From Eledone cirrhosa (taxonomy: Eukaryota), in contig CAXHJY010001389.1 of NCBI GenBank assembly GCA_964016885.1, positions 62,001 through 126,000 of the forward strand: a DNA stretch of 64,000 bases, read 5' to 3'. Below the pieces are notes generated by a model. The model was not told where the DNA came from, did not search any database, and worked only from the letters and a program-made list of their open reading frames with translations. Of the stretch, positions 13,988 to 27,301 are shown piece after piece (position 1 is the first letter of the stretch; every line of letters begins with the position of its first letter). A program made the position numbers and the translations under genes.

Positions 13988-16429
13988 ATGGAAAAACAAT
14001 ATTTAGGAACCTCCTTAAAAAACATACCAATACCTTCTAAGGATGACTTCTTACTCCTTATGATTCAGAAAACTAATAATTTTATCAGAAGGGTTAGATG
14101 GAGAGCCTACCACTTCGATAGAAAATCTAAACAAGCAGATCGGAAATATATGTATGATTTCAATACTTACAAGAATCCACCACACAACTTTTTACTTGAA
14201 GACTTCGAGAAAGACCTTTTTAATTTAATTAAACACCTCAAATTTAAAAAGTATAAATCCGTCTTTCAAAAGGACCTTGATTCTACCCTATTGGACCTAA
14301 AAAAGTCTAAAAAAATCCATGTCCACTCGGACAAAACTGGTAACTTGTATCATATGGATATTGAACATTATAACGAGTTCATATATAAAGAACTCAGAAA
14401 AAATTATAAAAAATCTAATAATCTGTCACTCACCAACATCAACAACAAAACACACAACATAGTAAAAAAACTAAACATTGAAGATAGAACTGAACCTTTG
14501 GCATTGAAAAGACCACACTTCAACCTGAAAGATCACAAATCTAACTTTAACTCAAATCCTTCTATTAGACTTATATGTCCCTCCAAATCAGATATTGGAA
14601 TAATTAGCAAAAAAATTTTAGATAGAGTCATCCCACAAATAAAAAAACACGTTATTTTACCACTCTGGGAAAACACCTCCCAGGTAATTAACTGGTTTAA
14701 AAATATTAGGTGTAAATCTTCTGCTTCTTTCCTACAATTTGATATAGATAATTACTATTCTTCTATATCACCTATACTCCTGAACAAAGCATTGATATTT
14801 GCTAAAAATAGATCTAACTTAACTTTGGATGACATTAACATTATTACACATGCTAGACTAACACTTATTGAATTTCAGAATGAATACTGGACCAGAAACA
14901 CATACAGTAATCTTTTTGATATTACTATGGGTTCAAGCGATTCCGCCCAAATTACTGATCTTGTGGGCCTCTTTCTCCTTTTCAACATAAATGCCTCTTT
15001 TCCCCACCTCAAAGGTGGTTTATATCGTGATGACTGTCTTCTTCTTTCTAAAAACCTTAGCCTTTCAGAAATTGAAAAAAACAAAAAGCATATTAGAACT
15101 TTCCTTAAAGACTATTATAATCTTAATATTACTTTTGAAAAAACAAGTAAAGTAGTAAATTTCCTAGATATAACTTTAGATTTAGCTACGGGTATCTACC
15201 AACCTTACCATAAACCTAACCAAAACTTACATTACATACACTCACAATCTAATCACCCTAAATCTATCCTTAAAAACCTTGCATATAATATATCACTTAG
15301 AATTTCTAACCTTTCTTCTAACCAAGATGTATTTGATAAAAATGCGACCTTCTATAACGAAGCTCTAGATAGAAGTGGCCACAAAAATAGATTAGAGTAT
15401 ATACCTTCTACTAAAAATACTGAAAGCATACAACATAATATTACCAACAAACACCAAATGAAAAGTACACACCTAAATGCCACCCACACTATACCCCAAA
15501 ATACCAAATCTTCTAATATAAAGTATAGTAACTCTCAAAAAACTACTCATCATACAACTCTAATAAATATTAATAATAAAACTCCTAATAAAAAGGATAA
15601 AACACCTAAATCTACAAATATAACTAAAAATAGTCGTGGTGAGATCATTAACATTAATCCTCCTAGTAAAAATCACGATACAACCTATAAAAATAATAAA
15701 AATAATAAACAACATAGAAACCGTAATAGACGGGTTACTTGGTATAATGCTCCTTTTAATTTACAAGTTAAGGATAATATTGCTAAAAAATTTTTTTATA
15801 TCCTTGAGAAAAACTTCCCGCCAAACCACAAATACCATCAAATCTTAAATAGGTCTACAGTTAAATTCTCATACTCTACAACAAATAACATAAAACAAAA
15901 TATAAGTGCATATAATGCATATAAATGTAAGAAAACCATAAGTATACCACCAGTACATCAAATTAACCATAATATCTCCTCAAATACAGAATTAACGAAA
16001 GGATGTAACTGTAGAAACAAAGCAAACTGCCCATTAAAAGGGAATTGTCTTGTTAACAACATAGTCTATAAATGTAATGTTAAAACTAAAGATTCTATTT
16101 GCTCATATATAGGAGCTACCTCTAACAATTTTAAGACAAGGTTTAATACCCACAAGCATAGTTTTAAAAATGCCGCACTGGCTAATACAACATCTCTAGC
16201 TGAAAAAATCAATAGTTATAAAAATAAGAATATAAAATATGATTTGACCTGGAGTGTGCTCAAAAGAGCCACCCCTTATCAAAATAATAGAAATGAATGT
16301 AGATTATGTTCCCAAGAACTATTTGAAATAATGAAGTCTAAGGATATCTTATTAAATAAACGACAGGAATTAATTATATCGTGTAATCATAAACTAAAAA
16401 AAACATTTAAATATTATAAACCTAATTAA
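13988..16429 (+). CDS. Penelope-like (Naiad-type) polyprotein: reverse transcriptase + C-terminal GIY-YIG endonuclease
   Basis: First ATG at 13988 (813 aa). Motifs: N-terminal SLKNIPIP...RWRA, SDKTGNLY, FDIDNYY, TMGS, GLYRDD, FLDI, CNCRNKANCPLKGNC, IVYKC...YIGAT, RFNTH, CRLC, LNKRQE. Confidence 0.92.
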   Translation: MEKQYLGTSLKNIPIPSKDDFLLLMIQKTNNFIRRVRWRAYHFDRKSKQADRKYMYDFNTYKNPPHNFLLEDFEKDLFNLIKHLKFKKYKSVFQKDLDSTLLDLKKSKKIHVHSDKTGNLYHMDIEHYNEFIYKELRKNYKKSNNLSLTNINNKTHNIVKKLNIEDRTEPLALKRPHFNLKDHKSNFNSNPSIRLICPSKSDIGIISKKILDRVIPQIKKHVILPLWENTSQVINWFKNIRCKSSASFLQFDIDNYYSSISPILLNKALIFAKNRSNLTLDDINIITHARLTLIEFQNEYWTRNTYSNLFDITMGSSDSAQITDLVGLFLLFNINASFPHLKGGLYRDDCLLLSKNLSLSEIEKNKKHIRTFLKDYYNLNITFEKTSKVVNFLDITLDLATGIYQPYHKPNQNLHYIHSQSNHPKSILKNLAYNISLRISNLSSNQDVFDKNATFYNEALDRSGHKNRLEYIPSTKNTESIQHNITNKHQMKSTHLNATHTIPQNTKSSNIKYSNSQKTTHHTTLININNKTPNKKDKTPKSTNITKNSRGEIININPPSKNHDTTYKNNKNNKQHRNRNRRVTWYNAPFNLQVKDNIAKKFFYILEKNFPPNHKYHQILNRSTVKFSYSTTNNIKQNISAYNAYKCKKTISIPPVHQINHNISSNTELTKGCNCRNKANCPLKGNCLVNNIVYKCNVKTKDSICSYIGATSNNFKTRFNTHKHSFKNAALANTTSLAEKINSYKNKNIKYDLTWSVLKRATPYQNNRNECRLCSQELFEIMKSKDILLNKRQELIISCNHKLKKTFKYYKPN

Positions 16430-17228
16430 CAACATTATTTTAGAAATTATTTTAATTTAAATGTTAGTTAACCTATAAATTTAATTTAATTAATATTTTA
16501 TTACAGATCAGAATATAAAATATTATGTAATCATAAATTGTGAAAAACCTTTAAATATTACTAATATATACTTAGTAATTTAATTTATAGATTAATTTTA
16601 ATTTATTTAAACCTTTTATTATTTTTATTATAATTCTTTTACAGATAAAATATAACAAAATAATATCGTGTATCCAATGACAGAGAAATAATTTTTAGTA
16701 TTATTGACCTAATTAATATACATTTTAGAAATATATTTATAATTTGGTTTTGGTTTTAATCAACCTAAAAATTTAATTTTAGTTTGCTTAAAATTAATAT
16801 CTTTATACAGACGAATTGCAGAATGTCATGTAATCATAGAATGGGATGTGTTTTGGATATATACCTAGTTAATATATTCTATGCAATTTTTTGAAAAATG
16901 ATATGTATATGTATATGTGTATGTGTATGTGTGTGTGTATGTATGTGTGTATATATGTGTATATGTGTGTGTATATATGTGTGTGTATATATATGTATAT
17001 ATGTATGTGTATCTATATGTATATGTATGCGTATTAATTTTGATTTCTATTTGCATATAATTATATTATGCTATTGATGAAATACAATATCTGCTTTATG
17101 TATTGTATACCTAATTAACATATACTATAGAAATAAATATATAATTTTTAATTTAGTTAACCTATAATCTATATTCTACTACCGATGTACTACTTTATTT
17201 TATTTGTTTTTTCCCTATTACTAATTTC

Positions 17229-18092
17229 ATTTCCTAATATTGATACCATAACGTTATTAACTTTAATTTAGTTATACTGTAATTAATACTCTACTACTAT
17301 TTAACTTCAAAATTCTGCTTCAAATATTATAAACCTAACTAATTTACACCTTAGAAATCAATATGTTAACTATCTTTGGTTTAGTTAACATATAGTTAAT
17401 GATATACTTGTTTATTTTGAGATGCATAGATTTTGCCTTAGTTTTTGTTTGTTGTATTTCCTAACACTGAAAATATGTAAAAACATACATTGGATAAAGA
17501 TACGGAAAATATTCTATGTTTCTTGAAACATATATTTACTTTGATCCCCTTCTCCAAACCCCCCCTTTCCCCCATACTATTATCATCTGTATTTGTAAGC
17601 GTCTATGTATGAACATATATGTAGGTAGGTGTCTATATAGGTTTGGGTATTTATATCTAAATATAAAGATACATATATGCGCATGCAAATATGAATGTAA
17701 GATTGTGTGTTTATATATGAGTGTGTGTATGTATGTATATGTGTGTATATATGCATGTATATATGTATGTGTATGTGAATGTGTGTACGTATATGTGTAT
17801 GTATGTGTATATATGTGTATATATATATGTATATGTGTATATATAGGAATATATATATGTATATATATATGTATATATATATGCGTGTGTATGTATGTGT
17901 GTGTATGTGTGTTGTATATATATGTATGTCTCTCTATTTATATGTCTATCTCAGTATCTATGTGATATATGTGTGTGTATGTGCATGTATGCACATATAT
18001 GTGTTTATGTGTATATATGTGTATGTATGTATATATGTGTGTGTGCATGCACACATATATATATGTGAGTGTGTATATGTGTCTGTGTATAT

Positions 18093-18147
<55 letters not shown>

Positions 18148-18211
18148 TGTCTATGTGTGAATATATGTCTATATTCATATGTGTGTATATGTGTATGTAT
18201 GTGTTTGTATG

Positions 18212-18293
<82 letters not shown>

Positions 18294-18423
18294 TATATTA
18301 TTTTTTATTATTATAATATAACTTATGTGTATGTGTGTATAAGTGAAGTTGTGTATATGTATATAATATGTGTATATATAAGTGTAAAAAAATATATATA
18401 TATTTGTGCATGTCTGTTTTTTA

Positions 18424-18470
<47 letters not shown>

Positions 18471-18574
18471 GTGTGTATATATATCTATATGTGGGTGTTT
18501 GTATGTGTATTTATGGTGGTATGAGTGTGTGGATATCTATGTATATATATATATATATATATATGTGTATGAGT

Positions 18575-18625
<51 letters not shown>

Positions 18626-19009
18626 TATGTATATGTGTATGTGTGTATATATATATCTCTATTAATGCGTGTGTGTATGTATATACATATGCCTTTTTAT
18701 TATTATTTTATTTGTATGTCTGAGTTAGGTGAGGTTGTAGTGGTTTTTTATGTATATACGCATATATGGATGCGTATGTATTTGTATATATGAGTATAAG
18801 TAAGTGCATATGTATGTATGATTATATTTCTAATTCTATGTATGAATATACATGTATATATATGTGTGTATGTAAGTTGTGTGTGTATGTATGTATATGT
18901 CTATGTGTGTGTATATATATATATATATGTATATCGATGTACGTATATGTATGTACATGTATGTCTATGTATGTGTGTATGTATGTGTATGTATATTTAG
19001 GTGTATGTG

Positions 19010-19062
<53 letters not shown>

Positions 19063-19321
19063 ATATATATATGTATATATCTTTATTATTTATTTATTTA
19101 TTTATTTTTTTTTTTTTATATATATGTGTATGTGTGTATGTGTTGCGTGTGTGTGTGTGTGTGTATATATATCTTTATATATGTGTATATGTATGTTCGT
19201 GTAGATGTATGTGTGTGTATGACTTTATATGTATGTGTGTATGTATGTATGCGTAAATATTTCTATATGTGTGTACATGTATGTATGTGTATATATCTGT
19301 ATGTGTGTGTATGTGTATTTG

Positions 19322-19362
<41 letters not shown>

Positions 19363-19390
19363 GTTATATATATATATATGTATATGTATA

Positions 19391-19425
<35 letters not shown>

Positions 19426-20934
19426 CTATATGTTTTTCTATTTGTATATGTATGTGTGTATAGGTATATACCTTTCTCTTTGTATTTCTATGTTGTGTGA
19501 TAGTGTAGTGGTGTTTGTATGTATATACCGATATATAGATGCGTAAGTATTTGTCTGTATGTATATATGTAAGTCTGTATATATTTGTGTGTATATATAG
19601 CTATGTATGTGTATATCTGTATGTATATTAGTATGTAAGTGTTGTATATGTGCATGTATGTGTGTGGTTATATATATCTGTGTCTGTATAGTATGTGTGA
19701 TTATATGTATATGTGTGTGTATATGTACGTGTATATACATATATGTGTATATATATGTGTATATATATATATATATGTGTGTGTATATATATATGTATGT
19801 GTATTTGTATGTATATGTGTATATGTATGTATGTGTGTATATGTATAGGTTTATATATGTGTGTGTATGTATGTTCTTAGTGTGGATGTGTGTATATGTA
19901 TGTATGTGTTTATATATGTGTGTATATTTATGTATGGATGTGTGAGTGTCTATGTGTATATATATGTATGTTTTTTTATATATATATATATGTGTGTGTG
20001 TATATGTATATATATATATATATATATGTATGTGTATATATGTGTATATGTGTATATTTATTTTCTTGATATATTTCTTTTTTCTTTTTTCTTTTTTCTT
20101 TTTTCTGTTTTTCTTTCTATTCTTTCCTTCTTAATGTTTTATTTATTATATTTTATTTTTTTATTTGTTTATTTTTCTTAGTTTATAGATACATTTATAT
20201 TAGGCAGTCTACCCAGACCGTTGAATACTGACCCCTCCCCCCCCTCCCACCTATTTTCTGTATCTTGATCTGAAAATGTGTGTGCCAGTGTTTTATGTGA
20301 GTGAATTAATATCCATGTGCTTATGATTTTATATCCACATATATAAATGTGAGTGGGGGTGTGTGTGTGTTTGTATGTTCGTGGTTATGTGTATATTTAT
20401 GCATATACGCGCGTGTATGTGTGATTGTACGGATATGTGTGAGTATGAAAAATTATATTTATATACTTAACTTCATAGGTGTCAATACGCATCTTATTTG
20501 TGCATTATAAACTCACAGAGACATTAACCTTGAAATTTTGTATTTGCATCCATCCTTTTAGTATGCGTATACAAATTATACATACATTTTTGTAAAATAT
20601 GTGTAAGGGTTTTACATGTATATACACACACCGAACTGCATTTAACCCTTTGTGTTTTCATTGGTCAATTTTTGTTCCCAAACGGACCTGAAATTTTGAA
20701 TTGTTGTTATTATCAATAAATATACTTCATTATTTCTGAAGACGGCGTATATATGTGTTTGGTATGTATATTTAATCTTGATAATTTGTATAATTTTGTA
20801 TAATTTTGTACATAGATCTGTTGAATATGCTTACCAATTCTAACACATATATATCCTAGAAACGATCGTTAAATAATGAACTTTTTTTGTTTAATATAAG
20901 GAATTGTTTATTCATTATTTGTTTAATATTTTAT
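17229..20934 (+). repeat. 3' direct repeat (pLTR), ~3.7 kb
   Basis: Copy of 10055-13698 differing mainly in (TA)n/(T)n tract lengths. Confidence 0.95.
20726..20880 (+). ncRNA. Type I hammerhead motif with an extended stem II (3' pLTR)
   Basis: Same as 13490-13644: CTGAAGA 20736-20742, GAAA 20859-20862, CGATCG, stem I' 20871-20880. Confidence 0.8.
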
Positions 20935-20948
20935 AAATATATATATAT

Positions 20949-21030
<82 letters not shown>

Positions 21031-21031
<1 letters not shown>

Positions 21032-22588
21032 ACTTTGAATAACTTTGAAATGTTTTGGCCAGTATTGGCCCAGGCCATGTCTAACTTAATAGCACCACCT
21101 GGCGAAGTCTTTCAATTCAGGATTTGGGCACTATGGCCCATTCGAGAAGAGAATTACTGTTTGCGGAGACATATCCGGGTGTGGGTGGTTTGTCCGGGAT
21201 TACTTGGAGGAATTTGTCCAAAGACTTCTTGAATTTTGTGTGGTCAGTTTCTGTTTTGACGTGTCCTGGTGTGATGTTGAAGAGAGCAGGGCCGATTGAG
21301 GTGAAATAATTGTGCCGTATTGTTGTTATGAGTTGCGATTTAGATTTTTGAATGGGACGGATAGCACGGGGCCCAAGCCTTGGGTGTATCTTGAAGGCGA
21401 TGCCAACATCATTTGGGCAGTGATGATGGAACATTTTCCACATCATGCAGATAATATAACGCTCACGGCGACGTTGGAGTGAGTAAAGTTTCAGGTTTTC
21501 TAATCGACCCCAGTAGTCAAGGTCTGACATGCCATCTATCTTTTTCGTGATTGCCCTTTGAGGAGCTTCAAGTTTCATGATACTTTGTTTCGTGTGGGGA
21601 GACCACAGTGGACAACAGTATTCAAGGTGTGGTCGGGCAAAAGTAGAGAAGAGAAGGATAATGGTGCGGGAATCTCTCGACTGGAATGTTCTGAGGATCC
21701 AGGAACACATTCTGCGGGCCATGTCAACTTTGCTGCTTATATGCGTGGTCCAGCTTATGTTGCTGTCCACGGTTACTCCCAAGTTTCTGATGTTGTTAGA
21801 TGCCACGAGAGTTTCCCCGGAGGGAAGGGAGTACGGGAGTTTCAGAGCATCCTCTTTTCCAAAGTGGATCAGTTCGAATTTGTCTTCGTTCAGTAACATG
21901 TTGTTCTTTTCTGCCCATTGGGTAACAGCCAGTAGGTCTGAGTGAAGGCTTATCCGGTCATCCACGCCATTGATGACCTTTTGGAGCTTGGAATCATCAG
22001 CGAAAATTTTAATGTTGCTGTGTTTGATGATGTCAGTGATGTCATTAATATAGATGATGAAGAGAAGTGGGCCCAACACAGTGCCTTGTGGGACCCCACT
22101 ACTGACTTTGGCTGGGCTTGATTTGACTCCCTCAACTACAACATGTTGGGTTCTGTTTGACAGGAAGCTCTTGATCCACTGCAGCAGCTTTCCAGTGACA
22201 CCAATATTGGACAGCTTTCTCAGTAGAATGTTATGATCAACCCTGTCAAAGGCCTTGCTGAAATCAAGGTAGATAACATCAGTGTTGGAACCCTCTCCCA
22301 AGGCTCTCAAAATGTCATCAAAGTGATGCAGTAGCTGCGTCAGGCAATCCCTTCCATTACGGAATCCATGCTGGTTGGAGTTCAGCATATTGTTACTCTC
22401 AAGGAAGTGGGTCATTCGCGATCTCACCACTCTCTCAAATACCTTAATGATATGAGAGGTGAGTGAGATTGGACGGTAATTCACGGCAAGGGATTTGTTT
22501 CCCTTTTTGAAAACTGGGATAACAGACTGGGATAGAAGGTTTTCTGGCACATATCCAGCATCCAGTGAGTTCCGCCACAGATTGGCAA
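21031..22588 (-). mobile_element. CR1-group non-LTR retrotransposon, 5'-truncated, RT region uninterrupted
   Basis: Frame open from ~22588 to 21117: [53 protein letters not shown]. Short 3' UTR ends in a tandem TTCAAAGTTA. (TA)n on both sides. Confidence 0.88.
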
Positions 22589-23113
<525 letters not shown>

Positions 23114-25123
23114 CAAGAAAGCTGCATAGAAGAGCCATTTTGAAAGATTACTAAACTAGGAGAATGCCTGGGAAGAAGAGACCCAACTCCAAATAGACCC
23201 TATAGAGGGGCCAGCAGTATAAGTCAGCAGCAGCATAGTAAGTAAGGCAATCAAAGATATGAAGACAGGGAAGGCAACCGCTGAAGGCATCTGGGTCGGT
23301 AGGTCACTCCATAACCACACAAATTGTTAACCAGGTAATACTAGAGGGTGTCATACCAAAGGATTGGTGCAGCAGCATCATTGTCAACTGCTACAAAGGT
23401 AGAGGTGATGCACTACATAGAGGAAACTATAGAGGTATAAAGCTGATGGACCAGGTCATGAAAGTAACGGAAAGAGTTATAGCACAGTTGATTAGGGACC
23501 GGGTGAAACTAGATGAGATGCAATTTGGGTTTGTACCAGGAAAAGGCACCACTGATGCCCTCTTCCTTGTGAGGTAGTTACAGGAAAAGTACCTAGTTAA
23601 AAGTAAGCAGCTCTATCTGGTCTTCGACAGAGTCCTCCGTGCTATAATCTGGTGGGTTCTTAGACAATTAAGAGTATATGAATGGCTTGTGAAAGCTGTA
23701 CAAGCCATATATAGAGAAGCAGTCAGCAGAGTTTGAGTTAGCAATGAGTATAGCGAGGAATTTAGCATACAGGTCGGTGTCCACCAGGGCTCTGTTCTTA
23801 GCCCTCCGCTGTTCATTATAGTTTTGCAGGCAATAACGGAGGAGTTTAAGACCGGATGCCCATAGGAACTCCTGTATGCGGTTGATTTTGCATTTATAGC
23901 TGAATCCATGGTGGAACTAGAGAAGACATTCCAAACATGGAAGCAGGGACTAGAAAGAAAGGGTCTTAAAGTCAACCTGACAAAGACTAAGGTTCTTGTA
24001 ACTAGACGAGAAAACAGAACCCTGATTCCCTCAGGGAAATGGCCTTGCTCAGTATGTAGGAAAGGTGTATGTAGGAACTCCATCCTCTGTCCCAAATGCA
24101 AACAATGGGTACACAAGAGATGTAGTGGGATCTCAGGAAGTTTAACTAAGAATGTAGGCTTCACATGTAACAGCTGCGCTGGGACAGGAAGCAGTAAACA
24201 ACCACAGGAAACAAGTACCACCAAACTCTGGGAGGGCTCTGTAGAAACAGTAGACAGCTTCTGCTACCTAGGTGACCGAATTAGCAGCTGGGGTGGGTGT
24301 TTGGAAAGTACAATAAATAGGGTATGACCGGGATAGAAGAAGTTCAGGGAGCTACTGCCACTGCTAGCTGCAAAAGATTTTTACCTCAAAATGAAAGGCA
24401 GACTGTATGATGCGTGTATACGATCAGGAATGTTACATGGAAGTGAAATCTGGATGCTGTCTGTAGAAAACTTGCACAGTTTGGAAAGAAACTAAGCTTG
24501 CATGCTCCGATGGATGTGTAATAGTAATATACACAAACGGCAAAGTATAAACGAATTGACAGAGAGACTGGGCATCAGAGGAATCAAATGCAGGAGAGGA
24601 GGTTACGTTAGTATGGACATGTGATATGTATGAAGAATGACAGCTGCATAAAAAGGTGCAGAGCACTAGAGTCGATGGAAGCTGAGGAGTGGGGAGACCC
24701 AAGATGACCTGGTATGAGGTGATAAAGGCCGACCTTACCCAATTGCACCTCTCAAGATACAACCTCTGGCGTCATGCAGTAATACAGAAGACCCAACCTC
24801 CCACAGGAACAAGCCAAAGCTGACGCATATAGACAATATGTCCCCACACCCTCCCACTGCAAAGTGGTCGTGGAGGTGCCACGGCAAAAAAACACCCAGC
24901 CCACACTGTAAAGTCGACGTGTAGGCGCCACGGAAAAAAGCACCCAGCACTCACTGTAAATGAGTTTGGTGTTATGAAGGGCATCCAGCTGTAGAAATCA
25001 AGCCAGAATCAGTTCCCATATGAGCAAGACAAGGTCAGCCGACTGGAGACTGCCCACAACAGGACAACCCGTCGAACCCATGCTAAGGTGGAAGAACGGA
25101 TGTAAAACGATGATGATGATGAT
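23114..25123 (+). mobile_element. Degenerate RTE-clade LINE (subfamily B)
   Basis: Homologous to 2613-4690 in reverse orientation, with several stops and indels. PHD-type finger in ORF 23908-24327; (GAT)n tail. Confidence 0.88.
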
Positions 25124-25139
25124 ATATATATGTATATAT

Positions 25140-26425
25140 ATCATCATCATCATCATTTTACATCTGCTTTTCACTGCTTGCAAGGGTGAAACGGGTCCTG
25201 TTCAGCATAGTATCTCTTCATTTGTTACAGTCCTTTGTCATCTCCTCTGTGAGCTTCAGCAATCTGAGGTCAGCTTTCACCAACTCTGGCTATGTTTTTC
25301 ATTCCTCTACACCTAGTTTCCTTAGGGACCACCAGATGACAGATCGGGGTACCTTATCAAAGGCCTTCTCTAGGTCAACAGAAGCTAAGTATAGTGGCTT
25401 ATTCTTCTCTAAGAACCTCTCTTGTAGATGTCTCACTAAGAAGAGGGCATCTGTTGTACTTTTCCCAGGCACAAAATCAAACTGCATCTCATCTAGTTTG
25501 ACACTTTCTCTAATTAGTTGCGCTAATATTCTTTCTGACACTTTCATAACCTAATCCATCAGTTTTATGCCCTTATAATTGCTCCTCTCCATGGCATCCC
25601 CTTTACCTTTGTAATAATTTATGAGAATACTGCTGCACCAGTCTTTGGGTATGACACCGCCACATATAGCTTGATTGATGATGCGTGCAACCAGTTTAGT
25701 GCCTACTTTTCCTGATGCCTTCAGCATCTCAGCAACTAACCGCGACGGTCAAGCGGCCTTACCATTTTTTATTTCCTTAATTGCCTCTTGTACCCTATAT
25801 TCATCACTCTCAATAGCTGGTCCTTCTGTCGGGTCTACTGGGGGTAATTTATTTCTCTCCCATTCGTTCTCCACACTCATCAGTCTCTCATAATGACATT
25901 TCCAGACCTTTTTCTGATCATTAGTGACACTAAGTACACCAGCATCCTTTCCGACACACTTATCTTCAACAACATCCTGATTTACACTGACACACTGCCT
26001 TGCAATGCAGAACACCGCACATCTCTGATCTTCCCATCACAGAACATTGGCAAACCTCTCAGCCTCCCTGTGTGTTAAGTACATCTGATGTCTAGATTCT
26101 CTCTTAATGGTTGTGTATTGGTCTCTACTCCCACCATTTTCCCAAGCGTTCCATGCTAGTCTTTTGTCTCTAATGGCCCTATCTACCGTGCTGGTCCACC
26201 ACCAGGTCACTCTCTGTCTGGTCGGAGCTCTGCTCCAGCCACAAATTTCTTCAGTAGCCTGCAGTAAGTTGTCATGTAAGAAATTCCAGTTATCATCTAT
26301 GTCATACGATTCTAAATCGTCTTCTTTTTCGTCATACACATCTTGAAGGGCTTTCCTAAATTTATATTTTAGTGAAAGGTCTTTTAGCTTCCAGACCTTC
26401 CTTTTCCACAGCTTCCTGTATGTCA
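25140..26425 (-). mobile_element. Degenerate RTE-clade LINE (third subfamily) with an internal deletion near 25290
   Basis: ORFs 26037-26426, 25749-26015 and 25299-25547 match the RTE linker and RT. (CAT)n at 25140. Tail-to-tail with the previous copy. Confidence 0.82.
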
Positions 26426-26858
26426 TATTTTGTCTCTTGAATAGTTGAACAAAAATAGCTTGAGTAAGAGAACATTATATAAGGAGAGGCAGAGTGAGAA
26501 AAAGGGAAGGTATGAGCTAGAGAAGGGAAAGAGAGTGAAAGCAATAAAATACCAGACATGTCAGGGGATATTTAGATATCAAAAAGTCCAAATCATAAAA
26601 GTTTCTGGTGAATGTTCTCAAGGGAATGCATAAATAACACTCTTGATGATGTAGTAAATGTAGAAAAATAGTGTTTCATTGAAAAATAATCAATCTAGAT
26701 ATTTTAGCACCTTATTTACATATAATTTGAAGTTGGTGAAAATCTTCGACATATTGACTTTGTATATAGGCTACTTTACCATCGATTTTTTAAAATCATA
26801 TATTTCTTAGCTTATATACGGTTTGTATATGTAGACACATGTCAATATATATTTGTAA

Positions 26859-27042
26859 GGCGGTGGATTGGCAGTATCGGTAGAGGGTCGGTCGCCATGC
26901 TTTCCAGCATAGTTACGTCCCTTTACGATCTGAGTTCAAATCCCGCCGAGGTTGACTTTGCCTTTCATCCTTACGGGGTCGATAAAATATAGTACCAGTA
27001 ATGAACTGGGTTATTGCTGGCCTTGTGCCTAAAGTAGAAACA
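26859..27042 (+). mobile_element. tRNA-derived SINE with target-site duplication
   Basis: A-box-like TGGCAGTATCGG, B-box GAGTTCAAATCC and central GCCTTTCATCCTTACGGGGTCGATAAAAT. TSD AATATATATTTGTAA at 26844-26858 and 27043-27057. Confidence 0.85.
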
Positions 27043-27194
27043 AATATATATTTGTAAGGTAAATGACACACATACAATAAACAGATGAAACACAAACAAT
27101 GGTTACAAGACACACATCTCATTTTTCTAGACAAAAACATTATGTAAATTAATGAATATAAATGCTAATCAATTACATTTTTATCTCCAATCAG

Positions 27195-27301
27195 GGCTCT
27201 GGATTTTGAATATAAATGTATTAAAGACAAAGGACATTATTTGGAGAACGAATGTAACATGCCTGTTGACTGGCAAGAATCATATATAGAACATGATTGT
27301 G
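27195..27301 (+). CDS. Exon A of a Cys-rich repeat protein (phase 2 to 1): ALDFEYKCIKDKGHYLENECNMPVDWQESYIEHDC
   Basis: Acceptor ttttatctccaatcAG, donor GTGAGT, 107 nt, open frame, ends TGT-G like exons C, E and G. Confidence 0.8.

Larger units (their letters stand above)
10055..20934 (+). mobile_element. Apparently intact Naiad-type Penelope-like retroelement in partial-tandem form (pLTR-ORF-pLTR)
   Basis: One uninterrupted RT+GIY-YIG ORF between near-identical direct repeats 10055-13698 and 17229-20934. (TA)n lies immediately outside both ends. Confidence 0.9.

Noticed and set aside
13988-17228. Selenoprotein recoding, reported for some Naiad elements
   Set aside because: The ORF has no in-frame TGA and ends in TAA, and I see no convincing SECIS.
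10055-20934. LTR retrotransposon interpretation of the long direct repeats
   Set aside because: No TG...CA ends, PBS, PPT, gag, protease or integrase. The ORF is Penelope-type RT plus GIY-YIG.
26560-26630. Minus-strand CCC-TTGAGAA...GAAAC resembling the U3-A8 core at 1521
   Set aside because: No stem II and no convincing stem I partner.
26859-26950. tRNA gene suggested by A- and B-boxes (also 29135-29280, 30714, 39107)
   Set aside because: No cloverleaf. The boxes are followed by a repeated SINE body, and one copy has a TSD.
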